Positions 50,793 to 60,665 of a DNA stretch of 64,000 nucleotides are shown here, piece after piece (the stretch's first letter is position 1; each line of letters opens with the position of its first letter). Location of the stretch: positions 110,536 to 174,535 of IMG/VR virus record IMGVR_UViG_3300044297_000138; one strand, given 5' to 3'. The translations under genes and the position numbers were made by a program. Below the pieces are notes generated by a model. It worked only from the letters and a program-made list of their open reading frames with translations. It was not told where the DNA came from and made no database searches. This stretch comes from a virus. Lineage: Duplodnaviria; Caudoviricetes.

Positions 50793-51557
50793 ATGGTTAC
50801 AAAAAAGACAGCAAGAAATCTAGAAGAAGTTAATAGTGGAGATGAATGGAAAACTAAACATCAGCCAGTTAATAATGCACTCAAGATCAAATTAGACCAC
50901 CTCAAAACATTTGATCCTCTGACAGATAATCAAAAAAAGTTTTTTGATGCATACAAGAGAGGTGATTATTTCATTGCACTACATGGTGTAGCAGGTACAG
51001 GTAAAACATTCTGTGCCATGTATAGAGCATTAGAAGAAGTATTGGACAAAGGTAATCCATTTAAAAAGATTATCGTTGTTCGTTCTGCGGTGCAAAGCCG
51101 TGAGATTGGTCACTTGCCTGGTGATGTATCAGAGAAAATGGAAATCTACCAACAACCCTATCGCCAGATATGTGAAACACTATTTGGCCGTAAAGATTCA
51201 TGGGACCGCTTGGAAGAACAAGGATACATAGAATTTATCAGCACTTCATTCATTCGTGGTATGTCGTTTGATGACGCCATCATCATTGTGGATGAAATGC
51301 AGAACATGACCTTTGAAGAAATAGATACAGTTATGACCCGTGTTGGTTATCGTTCTAAAATTGTTTGGTGTGGTGATTATCGTCAGACAGACCTAAACAA
51401 AAAGAAGAATGACGTATCTGGTATTTTAAAGTTTTTTGATATTGCTTACCACATGAATTCGTTCACAAGAATTGAATTTACAGTTGATGATATTGTTCGT
51501 TCATCGCTTGTTAAAGATTACATTCTTGCAAAATTAAGATATGATGACAACCAATAA
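50793..51557 (+). CDS. phoH: PhoH-family ATPase
   Basis: GVAGTGKT, IGHLPG, RGMSF, DEMQN, GD..Q.D, VRS. Confidence 0.92.
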   Translation: MVTKKTARNLEEVNSGDEWKTKHQPVNNALKIKLDHLKTFDPLTDNQKKFFDAYKRGDYFIALHGVAGTGKTFCAMYRALEEVLDKGNPFKKIIVVRSAVQSREIGHLPGDVSEKMEIYQQPYRQICETLFGRKDSWDRLEEQGYIEFISTSFIRGMSFDDAIIIVDEMQNMTFEEIDTVMTRVGYRSKIVWCGDYRQTDLNKKKNDVSGILKFFDIAYHMNSFTRIEFTVDDIVRSSLVKDYILAKLRYDDNQ

Positions 51558-51559
51558 TT

Positions 51560-52219
51560 ATGTTTACACATTGCCCACCTAAAGAATTACCTAATCTAGA
51601 ATCCGTAACACAAGCCGATGGCAAACGATACTATGTCACACCAAGTGGCAAAAGATTACCATCGGTTACTACGGTTGTTGGTGCCAAGAAAAAACAGTCC
51701 ATCATGGAATGGCGTAAACGTGTTGGTGAGGTGGAAGCCAACCGTATTTCTAAATTGGCCACAGGTCGTGGCAATCGTGTTCACTTGTTGGCTGAAAAAT
51801 ATATCAACAATGAGAAGATTATTTGGCAAAAGGAAATGCCTGATGCCGTAGAGATGTTTAGAACATTGATTAAACCAATGCAAAACATCAATAACATACA
51901 TTACCAAGAACAGGCTTTGTGGTCTGAAGGCCTTGGTATGGCAGGTCGTGTTGACTTGATTGCGGAATGGAATGGTGTTCTGTCGGTCATTGACTTTAAG
52001 ACTTCCAAGAAACTTAAAACTGCATCTGATGTGCCGGAATACTTTGCACAATGTACCGCATATGCCTGCATGTATGAGGAACTGGTTGGAACACCAATTG
52101 ACCAGATTGTGGTTCTGATGGCCGTAGAGAACGAACAACCTCTTGTTTTCATTGAAAAAACCCAGGATCACCTAAATAATTTGTTGGATCACATATCTTT
52201 TTATAGAAACAACAAATAA
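51560..52219 (+). CDS. PD-(D/E)xK exonuclease of T4-like phages
   Basis: PSVTT, GRVD, IDFKTS, Q..AY. Confidence 0.85.
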   Translation: MFTHCPPKELPNLESVTQADGKRYYVTPSGKRLPSVTTVVGAKKKQSIMEWRKRVGEVEANRISKLATGRGNRVHLLAEKYINNEKIIWQKEMPDAVEMFRTLIKPMQNINNIHYQEQALWSEGLGMAGRVDLIAEWNGVLSVIDFKTSKKLKTASDVPEYFAQCTAYACMYEELVGTPIDQIVVLMAVENEQPLVFIEKTQDHLNNLLDHISFYRNNK

Positions 52220-52220
52220 A

Positions 52221-54440
52221 ATGACTATAACTTCATCTGGACAACTAAAATTTTCAGATTTACAGACAGAATTCGGCGGCACCAATCCAATTAGTTTAAG
52301 TGAGTATTATGCCGGCAACTTGGTTGCTCCTGGAACTATTGGAAATTCAGGTGCAATACCTGCCTCTGGTAATCCACTTAATATTGGAAAGTTTTATGGT
52401 TCTGCGGCCGCAGGTGTATTGTGGGGATCAAGATTTATAAAAGTTGGTAGTCTTGCTCAATTTAGTTCTGCGGCTGGTACTGTTCGTTATTTGAATGGTA
52501 AATTTTTTATTGTTAGTTCACCAGACAATTGGACCGCATTAACATACAGTACCGATTCTACTGCAACAAGTTGGACAACAACTTCAATTGCAAACGGTAC
52601 TTATTTTGGACCAAATAATGGACCAATAAACACATATACACCAGTTATATATGACATTGCTTCAAACGGATCAATATATGTTGTTGCTGGAAGTTCATTA
52701 GGTCCGGCGGCCACTTCTGCGCCGACTGGAGTTTTAGCAACAAGTACTGATTTGGTTAATTGGACTTTTTATAGTTTTTTAAATGGATTTGCTCCTAAAA
52801 GAATCATTTATTCACCAGAAAAAAGTCTTTTTGTTGGTATTGGAACCTCTAAACTCTTTACAAGCACCGATGGAATAACATGGACAGAAAGAGCGTTACC
52901 AAGTGCTCCAAGTTGGTACAGTGTTTTTTGGAATGGATTCGTTTTTGTTGCAACAGGTTACGGTTATATAGCATATAGTACAGACGGAATAAACTGGACA
53001 GCATCCAGCGGATTAAATGTAAATTACCAATACTATGATATTGCCTGGGGAAATAATATATTTGTAGTTGGTTCCAGTAATAATGGAGCAGTATATACCA
53101 GTCCAAATGGAGTTACATGGACACAAAGAGCTGTTCCATTAACGAGCGGATATTCAGGAGCAAACGCAAGCTTTGGAGCAGGATTATTTGTATTTCCTTG
53201 CCAAGGTGATCTTATTACAAGTCCTGATGGAATTACATGGACAAAAAGTAAACTACCAGTATATTCATTAGCTTATGGTGCAAGTAAATTTATAGGTTCA
53301 GGCGGATCAACCGGATCTGGAGGATTAAAAACAAGCACAGATGGAATAAACTGGACCACACTTTCTTCTGGAACATATGCTGATTTACAATCAGTCGCAA
53401 GTGACGGAAACATTACCGTGGCTGTTGGTAACAACACGATTACACCATTTAGCTCAACCAGAAGTTTACCAACAATATTCTCAACAACAGACGGAATCAA
53501 TTGGAGTTATCAAAATACAAATAACTTAACTACTTACAACACACCCAATTTTAACTCAGTTGTTTGGAATGGAACGAGATTTATTGCATTAGGAAATGCA
53601 TACAATGGAACAGGCGCACTCATTGCTACAAGTACTAATGGATCTACTTGGGCAACACAAGTTGATACTTTGGGTACAGCAGGATTGGGACCAAGCAAGA
53701 TGGCGGCCATAGGAAATACCGTTGTTACCAATTCAATGTTAAATAGTTATGATGGTGGATTAACTTGGGTTCAAAAAACAGATACGAGTTCGGACGTTAT
53801 TGAATCTAGTCCAACACAATTTTTTAAATGTTACAGAAACATCTATACATCAAATTCAGGATCTTATCCAAACAGCCAAAAATATTATGTTAGTTCTGAT
53901 GGTTTAACATGGACATTAAGAAATTTTTCTAATACTGTTTTTGCCACACAAGATGCAATAAATGGAAATTTTGGAGTTGGTGGTTCTGGCCAAATTTTTT
54001 GGATCAGTAATGTTCGTTGGTGTAATGATCGTTGGATTATTGCTGGAAGAGGCATAGTAAAAATTCCATATTCAACTAGCTTTGCGATTATTCAAAGACC
54101 TAGATTGATTTATAGTACCGATGGAATAAATTGGGCAGATTGTTTAGGATTTAATTACTCAACTGGTTACAATTATCCAACAGAATTTGTTGATGCGTAT
54201 TATGCATTTGGAAAATATTTTGCGATTGGTGCTTCAGATATATGGAGCAGTTCTGATGGAGTAACTTTTACAGAACTAAAATCAGCAAACGATAATACTA
54301 TAAATGAATACTCACCTAAAACTCTAGGTGGTGGTTTTATATCAATGAATAAAATGACAGCTTCAAGTACTAAAATAATAATTGTTGGTAAGAATGGGGG
54401 TATTGTAACTTCTCCAAGACCAACTACTGTATCAATATAA
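52221..54440 (+). CDS. Fibre/adhesin-like virion protein with about 13 S-x-D-G-x-x-W (BNR-like beta-propeller) repeats
   Basis: N-terminus SGQLKFSDLQTEFGGTNPISLSEYY; repeated STDGINW; CTAAATA upstream. Confidence 0.65.
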   Translation: MTITSSGQLKFSDLQTEFGGTNPISLSEYYAGNLVAPGTIGNSGAIPASGNPLNIGKFYGSAAAGVLWGSRFIKVGSLAQFSSAAGTVRYLNGKFFIVSSPDNWTALTYSTDSTATSWTTTSIANGTYFGPNNGPINTYTPVIYDIASNGSIYVVAGSSLGPAATSAPTGVLATSTDLVNWTFYSFLNGFAPKRIIYSPEKSLFVGIGTSKLFTSTDGITWTERALPSAPSWYSVFWNGFVFVATGYGYIAYSTDGINWTASSGLNVNYQYYDIAWGNNIFVVGSSNNGAVYTSPNGVTWTQRAVPLTSGYSGANASFGAGLFVFPCQGDLITSPDGITWTKSKLPVYSLAYGASKFIGSGGSTGSGGLKTSTDGINWTTLSSGTYADLQSVASDGNITVAVGNNTITPFSSTRSLPTIFSTTDGINWSYQNTNNLTTYNTPNFNSVVWNGTRFIALGNAYNGTGALIATSTNGSTWATQVDTLGTAGLGPSKMAAIGNTVVTNSMLNSYDGGLTWVQKTDTSSDVIESSPTQFFKCYRNIYTSNSGSYPNSQKYYVSSDGLTWTLRNFSNTVFATQDAINGNFGVGGSGQIFWISNVRWCNDRWIIAGRGIVKIPYSTSFAIIQRPRLIYSTDGINWADCLGFNYSTGYNYPTEFVDAYYAFGKYFAIGASDIWSSSDGVTFTELKSANDNTINEYSPKTLGGGFISMNKMTASSTKIIIVGKNGGIVTSPRPTTVSI

Positions 54441-54451
54441 CGGATTAAAAC

Positions 54452-55657
54452 ATGGCAACAACAATACCCGCTAGTGGACCAGTATCATTTGCTACTATTC
54501 AATCTGCATATGGCGGATCAAATCCAATCGGTATGAATGAATATTATAGAGGCGGATCATATGTAGATAATACAGGAATATCAAACCCTAATATTCCCAC
54601 CAGCGGTGCTATTTCAGTTAACAATTTTCGTGGAACAACAGCGTTTGCTGCGCCACAAGCTTCAATAATAGGTAGTCAGTATGCTGCAGCAATTTATGGA
54701 TCACATTATAATAGTGGTGGCGGAAGTCCAGGAACATTAAACAACGTTTTAGCCAATGGTGGTGGAATAGGCAATAGTGGTGGTCCTTGGTATATTGCAC
54801 CTATGGGTTCAGGAAATTATTCACCTGCTGGCGGAAGTGCTATTTTAACAGCATGTTCATCTTGTATAAACACATGGTTTCCTTTGATACCAACATTGTA
54901 TGCTCCATATGGAGGATATTTGTGTCGTAGTGTTTTAGCTGTAGGCACAGGAGACATTTATAATAATGTTCCAGTAATTGGTTCGGTCCCTCCCCTAAAC
55001 TCTAATAATGTTTTTTGTTGGCGTCATCCTCGCAGTACATGGACTAATTCCATGGTACAAAATTTTTTAGGATTTAATAACACCCAACTTAATAATGTAA
55101 CTTATGCTACTAGAGTATGGTGGAGACGTATGAACGCAGGTATGGATTCTTTTGTGGCTACTGGTTTTATGATTTTTAACTCAAACACATACAACTCATC
55201 TGGCGCACAAGCTTGTTATAATGGATCAAAGAAATTTTATATGACTGGCCAAAATGATGATGGTGGAGAATGGTCCAATCAAGGTTTTGATTTTATTCCT
55301 ACGGTCAACGGAAGTGGTTATGGAATAACTTTAACAAATGTTGGTGTTACTCGGAATGCTGCATATGATAGTTATGGAAATTTTGTTGCATATACGTTGA
55401 GCTGGCAAGGATCTTCCAACTGGAACGGATCTTCATGGAGAGCATCTGAATACATTTATGGAGCAAACGGTGAACAGTATAATGTAAACAATGTTGGTAC
55501 TGCTACGCCTAATGTAAGAAGTGACTATACATACACTATAGGAACTGATGACCTAGTTATTCCAATGATGTATGATAATAACGGTTTTAGTGGCGCTGCA
55601 TTTGATGGTAATAGAAACCCATTGACAGTTATGTTTGGTCAAATTCAAGTGGTATAA
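54452..55657 (+). CDS. Second fibre/adhesin-like protein sharing the N-terminal module
   Basis: SGPVSFATIQSAYGGSNPIGMNEYYRGG...IPTSG; Gly/Asn/Tyr-rich. Confidence 0.55.
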   Translation: MATTIPASGPVSFATIQSAYGGSNPIGMNEYYRGGSYVDNTGISNPNIPTSGAISVNNFRGTTAFAAPQASIIGSQYAAAIYGSHYNSGGGSPGTLNNVLANGGGIGNSGGPWYIAPMGSGNYSPAGGSAILTACSSCINTWFPLIPTLYAPYGGYLCRSVLAVGTGDIYNNVPVIGSVPPLNSNNVFCWRHPRSTWTNSMVQNFLGFNNTQLNNVTYATRVWWRRMNAGMDSFVATGFMIFNSNTYNSSGAQACYNGSKKFYMTGQNDDGGEWSNQGFDFIPTVNGSGYGITLTNVGVTRNAAYDSYGNFVAYTLSWQGSSNWNGSSWRASEYIYGANGEQYNVNNVGTATPNVRSDYTYTIGTDDLVIPMMYDNNGFSGAAFDGNRNPLTVMFGQIQVV

Positions 55658-55681
55658 AATATATCTACGACAGGAAATAAA

Positions 55682-55903
55682 ATGACTAACGAAGAATTAA
55701 CCGCATATGTTCAAAAAGCATTGGTTGTCGCAGAATCTCATAATAATAATGTGATTATTGGTGTATTAAATCAAGTGTTGGCTTGGTTGAATGGAACACA
55801 AAGTAAACCAGATGTAACTTTGTTGGAGGCAACAGGAACCACCTATAACTTTCCAAGATTAGTTCAACTACACGATTGGATTGTTGCTCACGAATTAACA
55901 TGA
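55682..55903 (+). CDS. Hypothetical protein
   Basis: ORF with SD agga. Confidence 0.5.
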   Translation: MTNEELTAYVQKALVVAESHNNNVIIGVLNQVLAWLNGTQSKPDVTLLEATGTTYNFPRLVQLHDWIVAHELT

Positions 55904-56466
55904 TTACTCCTGAAACACCAAAAATACGAAAACATAATCCATCAACATATTATAATTACTTAGATACATCACGTTCTTGGTCAAATGTTGTAGAGTTTTC
56001 AGAATGGTATTTGGATAACAAAATGCCCATTCGTATTTTGGACAAACAAGAAATATTTGTCACAGACATATCCACATCTTGGATTATGTTCAGAGAAGGT
56101 CGTTTTCAAGTTGAGTTATATTTGATGCCAGAAATGGTACCAGATGCTCCAGACCATGCACATCCTTATATGGATGTTGCCACGATAACAATCAGTTATG
56201 TCGGCAATGGAGATTCTAATGCGTGGTGGGGATTGCCTAGAGTATTAAAAGCTGGAGAAGTTCACGGCAGTATGGCCAATGGCAGAGGTTCATCTTTTTT
56301 AGCAATACAACATTGGAATGTAAATGATGAAAAGATGACTTCAGCCGCCGTAAATTGGCGAGGTAAACTATGTGGACCAGTTCATGCAAATCTCATAAGA
56401 GAATATTATCCAAACACTCAAATTGGTGGTGATCTATATTGGAACGTAACAGATGCACCACGATAA
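55900..56466 (+). CDS. Cupin-like protein (paralogue of 58196-58699)
   Basis: EF..WY.DN.MP, GRFQ.E.Y, H.HP..D, H, QHW, MTSAAVNW.G. Confidence 0.6.
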   Translation: MITPETPKIRKHNPSTYYNYLDTSRSWSNVVEFSEWYLDNKMPIRILDKQEIFVTDISTSWIMFREGRFQVELYLMPEMVPDAPDHAHPYMDVATITISYVGNGDSNAWWGLPRVLKAGEVHGSMANGRGSSFLAIQHWNVNDEKMTSAAVNWRGKLCGPVHANLIREYYPNTQIGGDLYWNVTDAPR

Positions 56467-57100
56467 AAGATTTCAACATCATTGTGATTTTGATATCTCA
56501 AATATACTTTCTGTATTACAACAAGAAAGCGATTGGTTCAAAGATACACATAGACAAGATACTTTCATGTGTTTCAAACAAACACAAAGTATACACCTGA
56601 TTGACGCACCAGATAATTGCCCATACAAACAACAAGGTAATGTCATTTGGAACGGAGAAGATTTATATTGGTGGCGTTTACGTGGTCCATACTATGATGC
56701 TTGTGAACCTATCATCAAATCATTAGAAGAAAAATACAACGGTACAGCAACGAAATCTGTTCTGACAAGATTACCAGCAGGATCTAAAATTGCACGGCAT
56801 GTTGATGGCAGACCATTATTACATTTAGGTCGCAGGCATCATATACCAATTACTACAAATGATGATGTTCAATTCATAATTGAAGATGAAATCATCAATA
56901 TGAAAGTTGGTGAGTGTTGGGAAATAGATAACACTCGGTTCCATGAAGTTAAAAATAACGGAACAACGGATCGTATACACTTAATGGTTGATATTGTACC
57001 AGGTGATAGAAAAGATAATTGTGAACCTGATTGTAAAATATGTGATCGTGTGAGAGGTAAATCTTATAGTATATTCTACGAGGACAGATATGAATTTTGA
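56453..57100 (+). CDS. Asp/Asn beta-hydroxylase-family 2OG-Fe(II) oxygenase
   Basis: HVD...HIPI.T...HEV.N.G..DRIHL..D. Confidence 0.8.
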   Translation: MHHDKRFQHHCDFDISNILSVLQQESDWFKDTHRQDTFMCFKQTQSIHLIDAPDNCPYKQQGNVIWNGEDLYWWRLRGPYYDACEPIIKSLEEKYNGTATKSVLTRLPAGSKIARHVDGRPLLHLGRRHHIPITTNDDVQFIIEDEIINMKVGECWEIDNTRFHEVKNNGTTDRIHLMVDIVPGDRKDNCEPDCKICDRVRGKSYSIFYEDRYEF

Positions 57101-57692
57101 TGGTGATTTTAATTATCTTGGTGAAATGAACATGCAAGTGTTAAATAACCTTGTGAGTGTTTTACCTAAATTAGATTGGTTTGCAAATCCATTGCGTCAA
57201 GTTTCTTTTAATGTTCATCAAAATACAAACACCATATTCATTACCAATACTGCACAAACAAAACCTTGGGATGGAATAGAACCGTTGAATGTCAGAGTAT
57301 CGGATCAACGATTGTTTGATATAGCTAAACCGATCATTGAAGAACTTGAAACAAGATTTGATAGTAAAGTTGCTCGTTGTATGTTGATACGATTACCGGC
57401 CGGTAAAAAAATAATACCACATCCAGATAGTGGACATTATTTAATGTCGGTACATCGTTGTCATATACCAGTGCAAACAAATCCAGGCGTTCTATTTGGT
57501 GTAGGACCAACAATCATTAATATGAAATTTGGTCAAGGATATGAGATCAATAACTCTAGATGGCATCGTGTAGAAAACAACGGAGATGAAGATAGAGTGC
57601 ACCTATTAATTGATTTAATACCCAATGACTATAAATATGTGGAAGAAAGAGGTGTTATACACCCCGAAACTTTTAGGCCACCACCAAAATGA
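57090..57692 (+). CDS. Asp/Asn beta-hydroxylase-family 2OG-Fe(II) oxygenase
   Basis: HPD...HIPVQT...HRV.N.G..DRVHL..D. Confidence 0.8.
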   Translation: MNFDGDFNYLGEMNMQVLNNLVSVLPKLDWFANPLRQVSFNVHQNTNTIFITNTAQTKPWDGIEPLNVRVSDQRLFDIAKPIIEELETRFDSKVARCMLIRLPAGKKIIPHPDSGHYLMSVHRCHIPVQTNPGVLFGVGPTIINMKFGQGYEINNSRWHRVENNGDEDRVHLLIDLIPNDYKYVEERGVIHPETFRPPPK

Positions 57693-58189
57693 ATGAGATA
57701 ATTTCACAAGATGCTAAACCTGAAGTAACAGTTATAAGATCACATTTGGGCATGTCTGATGTAAACCAACTTGGTTACTTTGGTAATGTTTGGGTTCGTA
57801 GTCACCATTTTGCTAAAGCAGGAGATAATAATGATGGTGGGCATGCCCATCACCACGATCATGTGACATTATTAGCCGTTGGTTCAGTAAGAGTAGAAGT
57901 TGAAGGTTTTGAACCAAAAGATTTTCATGCACCAACTTTTATTACAATTAAAAAAGAACATCATCATAAATTTACTGCTCTGACTGATGGTGTGGTTTAT
58001 TATTGTGTGTTTGCACTCAGAGATTTGGATGGAGAGGTGACCGAAATTTATTCTGGTGATAATAGCCCATATATTAGAACAGATGCAGTTGATGGTAAAG
58101 GACCTCTTGCAATAGGTTCAATTGTTCAAAGACACAATGTTGATGGCAAAGAATATGTTTTAACTGAAGATGGTTGGAAACAAACATAA
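57689..58189 (+). CDS. Cupin-fold protein
   Basis: GHAHHHDH.TLL..GSV...AP.FI.I....H.F.AL...YCV. Confidence 0.7.
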   Translation: MNEIISQDAKPEVTVIRSHLGMSDVNQLGYFGNVWVRSHHFAKAGDNNDGGHAHHHDHVTLLAVGSVRVEVEGFEPKDFHAPTFITIKKEHHHKFTALTDGVVYYCVFALRDLDGEVTEIYSGDNSPYIRTDAVDGKGPLAIGSIVQRHNVDGKEYVLTEDGWKQT

Positions 58190-58195
58190 TTCATT

Positions 58196-58699
58196 ATGAA
58201 TCTTTATGACATTGAATTTCCTGAATGGAAAGATGTTTCTGAATTTGCTAAGTGGTATACAGACAATCATATGCCTGTAATCATTAGAGGTGCACCAAGA
58301 ATATACGTGACTGAAAATGCAACATCATATATTGCTTTTCAACACGGCAGGTTTCAAGCGGAGATGTATATTGCACATCCTGATTACGTTATGGACACAC
58401 CAAAACATTCACATCCAGGTGTTGATTTGATTACTATTCCGATGAATTATTATGGTGAAATGATGTGGGGGAAATTCATCAGTCTAAATTCTGGTGATAC
58501 ACACGATGCGAAATTTCCAATGGATGGTTCGGTATTCTTAACCTGCCAACATTGGATAGATAATAGAAAGATGACCAGTGCAGCCGTTAATTGGACGGGA
58601 AAATTGGTTGGTCATATGCAGGAAAAAATGATACGTAAATATTATCCGGATGCAATTATTGAAAACGGATTTGTTGATACTAGGTTGGTTGCCAAATAA
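58196..58699 (+). CDS. Cupin-like protein (paralogue of 55900-56466)
   Basis: Same motifs as 55900. Confidence 0.6.
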   Translation: MNLYDIEFPEWKDVSEFAKWYTDNHMPVIIRGAPRIYVTENATSYIAFQHGRFQAEMYIAHPDYVMDTPKHSHPGVDLITIPMNYYGEMMWGKFISLNSGDTHDAKFPMDGSVFLTCQHWIDNRKMTSAAVNWTGKLVGHMQEKMIRKYYPDAIIENGFVDTRLVAK

Positions 58700-58717
58700 T
58701 CCTGGATGATGTATAAT
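58689..58717 (+). promoter_or_regulatory. sigma70-type promoter (may also drive the tmRNA)
   Basis: TTGCCA-17-TATAAT. Confidence 0.75.
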
Positions 58718-58737
58718 ACACACTAAGGAGATTACAA

Positions 58738-59043
58738 ATGCGTAAAGTAATACTTTCAGTAACAATGGCATTAGCTGCAATGTCTGCTAATGCACAATGG
58801 CATCATCACCAACATTATTATCATGGTGGCGGCGGTATCGGTTGGGCTTTCCCTGCATTGGTTGGTGGTGTTATTGGATATGAAATTGCAAAGCAACCTG
58901 CACCTGTTGTGGTTCAACCACCTGTTGTAGTTCAGCCTCAAGTAGTTACTGATCCTAATCTTGTAATTGTGAACGGTGTTCTATATCGCAAGGTTATGAT
59001 GCAAGTGAATGGCACTTATCAGGAGGTTCTGGTAAGACCATAA
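58738..59043 (+). CDS. Small secreted/membrane His/Gly/Pro-rich protein
   Basis: Signal peptide, HHHQHYYHGGGG, glycine zipper, PVVVQP repeats. Confidence 0.6.
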   Translation: MRKVILSVTMALAAMSANAQWHHHQHYYHGGGGIGWAFPALVGGVIGYEIAKQPAPVVVQPPVVVQPQVVTDPNLVIVNGVLYRKVMMQVNGTYQEVLVRP

Positions 59044-59045
59044 TA

Positions 59046-59352
59046 TGGTTGTATGAAGCAACTTGAAACGTGTTCAAGACGCCGGTTCGACTCCGGCCTG
59101 GTCCACCAGAAAGCATATTATTACACTGGCAGGCGAAAGTCCTACGCCAAAAGTTAAAACTAGATAGTATGCTTCCTAATGGGCCAGTCATTGGTTTCGA
59201 TTGGGCAAATAGTATAGAAGTGGACAACTCGACACAGATAGTCGCTAAAAGTAAATCAAGTAAATGCAAATGATGAAAAATTCGCATTGGCTGCCTAAGT
59301 AAAGGCACCTAGGGTTTTGGTGATTGTACCTCGTAACAGAATCAATCACCAA
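59046..59352 (+). ncRNA. ssrA: Circularly permuted (two-piece) tmRNA, tag ANDEKFALAA
   Basis: Acceptor piece ends in T-arm GCCGG-TTCGACT-CCGGC and CTGGTCC-ACCA (59108). Coding piece starts GGGCCAG (59181), giving a G3.U70 pair. Tag ORF at 59266-59298. Outer ends are approximate. Confidence 0.9.
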
Positions 59353-59377
59353 CATGTTCAACAACTTAGGAGTTTAA

Positions 59378-59824
59378 ATGAAAAAAATCGCATTAGCCGC
59401 TTTGGTTGCAGTCACTTTGTCTGCAAGTGCTTTGGAAGTTGGTATCAACGGAGTTGAATCAACCGTAGGCAATAATCGTTATGGCGCTGGCGTAACTGTT
59501 GGTCAGAAAATGGGCGATATCGGTGTTACTGCCGGTGTTAGCCGTTTCACCCGTGAATCAAACGATCAAACCCGTTGGTCTCTAGTAGCTGACAAACAAG
59601 TGTTTGCTGCAGGTCCTATCGGTGTAGCTGGTCGTGTTGGTGTTGCCTATTTGGACAACAGAACTGGTAATGATGGTTTGGCCGCTACTGTCGGTGTTGG
59701 TGCATCTATGCCTATCACCAAACAATTGAGCGTTGGTGTTTCTGTTGACCGCCAATTTGGTCAACATCGTGTTAACCAATTCAATGGTAACATCGTCACC
59801 GCTGGTGTAAAAGTAGGATTCTAA
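59378..59824 (+). CDS. Outer-membrane 8-stranded beta-barrel protein (OmpA/Ail/Lom-like)
   Basis: Signal peptide, alternating amphipathic strands, C-terminal Phe. Confidence 0.75.
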   Translation: MKKIALAALVAVTLSASALEVGINGVESTVGNNRYGAGVTVGQKMGDIGVTAGVSRFTRESNDQTRWSLVADKQVFAAGPIGVAGRVGVAYLDNRTGNDGLAATVGVGASMPITKQLSVGVSVDRQFGQHRVNQFNGNIVTAGVKVGF

Positions 59825-59882
59825 TCTTACAGAGTTTATAGGTGGTTCTCATAAAAACCACCTCAATCAACAAAGGAAAACA

Positions 59883-60440
59883 ATGCGAAGTAGACCAATA
59901 CTACTTACTATGTTATTCTCTGCCTTGATCCTGTCCATGAATATGATTAATGTGAATTTATACAGGATTCTTCCTTTTAAAACCACATATTATTCATTGA
60001 CTAATGATGTTCAAAAACAAGTGACTTGTTTGGCAGACAATATTTACTTTGAGGCCGCACATGAACCACTAGATGGTAAAAAAGCTGTGGCGTTCGTAAC
60101 AATCAACCGTGTTCAGACGGGCAATTATGCCGACACAATTTGTGATGTAGTTCACCAAAAAACCGGCACAACATGTCAGTTTTCTTGGTATTGTGATAAG
60201 TCATTTACCGATAGGCGCTTGACAGTCAGAAGCACCTCGTTGTATAATGAGATTCGTGAGTTAGCGACCAACATTGTTGTAAACTTTGAAAAAATGACCG
60301 ATGTGACTAATGGAGCAACATACTATCATGCCGATTACGTTAGACCAGGTTGGAAATTGGACAAAGTTGACCAAATTGGCCGACATATTTTTTACAAAAG
60401 AAAAGGTGACGAAATTGACCGCAACAGAGAGTTCTACTAA
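59883..60440 (+). CDS. SleB-like cell wall hydrolase
   Basis: CLADNIYFEA, TICDVV.Q, QFSW, GATYYHA, IG.HIFY. Confidence 0.88.
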   Translation: MRSRPILLTMLFSALILSMNMINVNLYRILPFKTTYYSLTNDVQKQVTCLADNIYFEAAHEPLDGKKAVAFVTINRVQTGNYADTICDVVHQKTGTTCQFSWYCDKSFTDRRLTVRSTSLYNEIRELATNIVVNFEKMTDVTNGATYYHADYVRPGWKLDKVDQIGRHIFYKRKGDEIDRNREFY

Positions 60441-60665
60441 ACTGAACAACAATTCAACATTCATTACGATTGTTATTTGTATTATGATTATGTGTATGAC
60501 CGGTATTATTTCTGTATCATTAAACTATATCAATGATCGGAACAATATGGCTAAAAACATTGAAGCGGCAATCAACAAAGGTGTTGATCCATTGTCCGTC
60601 AAGTGTGCATATGAAACCAATCCTACTGCCACTTGCATTTCTTATGCTTTGAATGTGAAGAAATA

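Noticed and set aside
51560-52219. Cas4/CRISPR association of the exonuclease
   Set aside because: Lacks the Cas4 four-Cys cluster, is the usual phoH neighbour in T4-like phages, and no repeat-spacer array was seen.
52221-55657. Diversity-generating retroelement acting on the adhesins
   Set aside because: No reverse transcriptase and no TR/VR pair with adenine-specific differences was seen in the window.
59078-59108. Possible standalone tRNA (T-arm plus CCA)
   Set aside because: No upstream acceptor 5' strand, D-arm or anticodon arm; the pairing partner lies downstream, so it is a permuted tmRNA.
59070-59273. ORF-track proteins overlapping the tmRNA (59070-59273 plus, 58994-59308 minus)
   Set aside because: The sequence is fully explained by tmRNA structure; there is no SD or protein-like signal.
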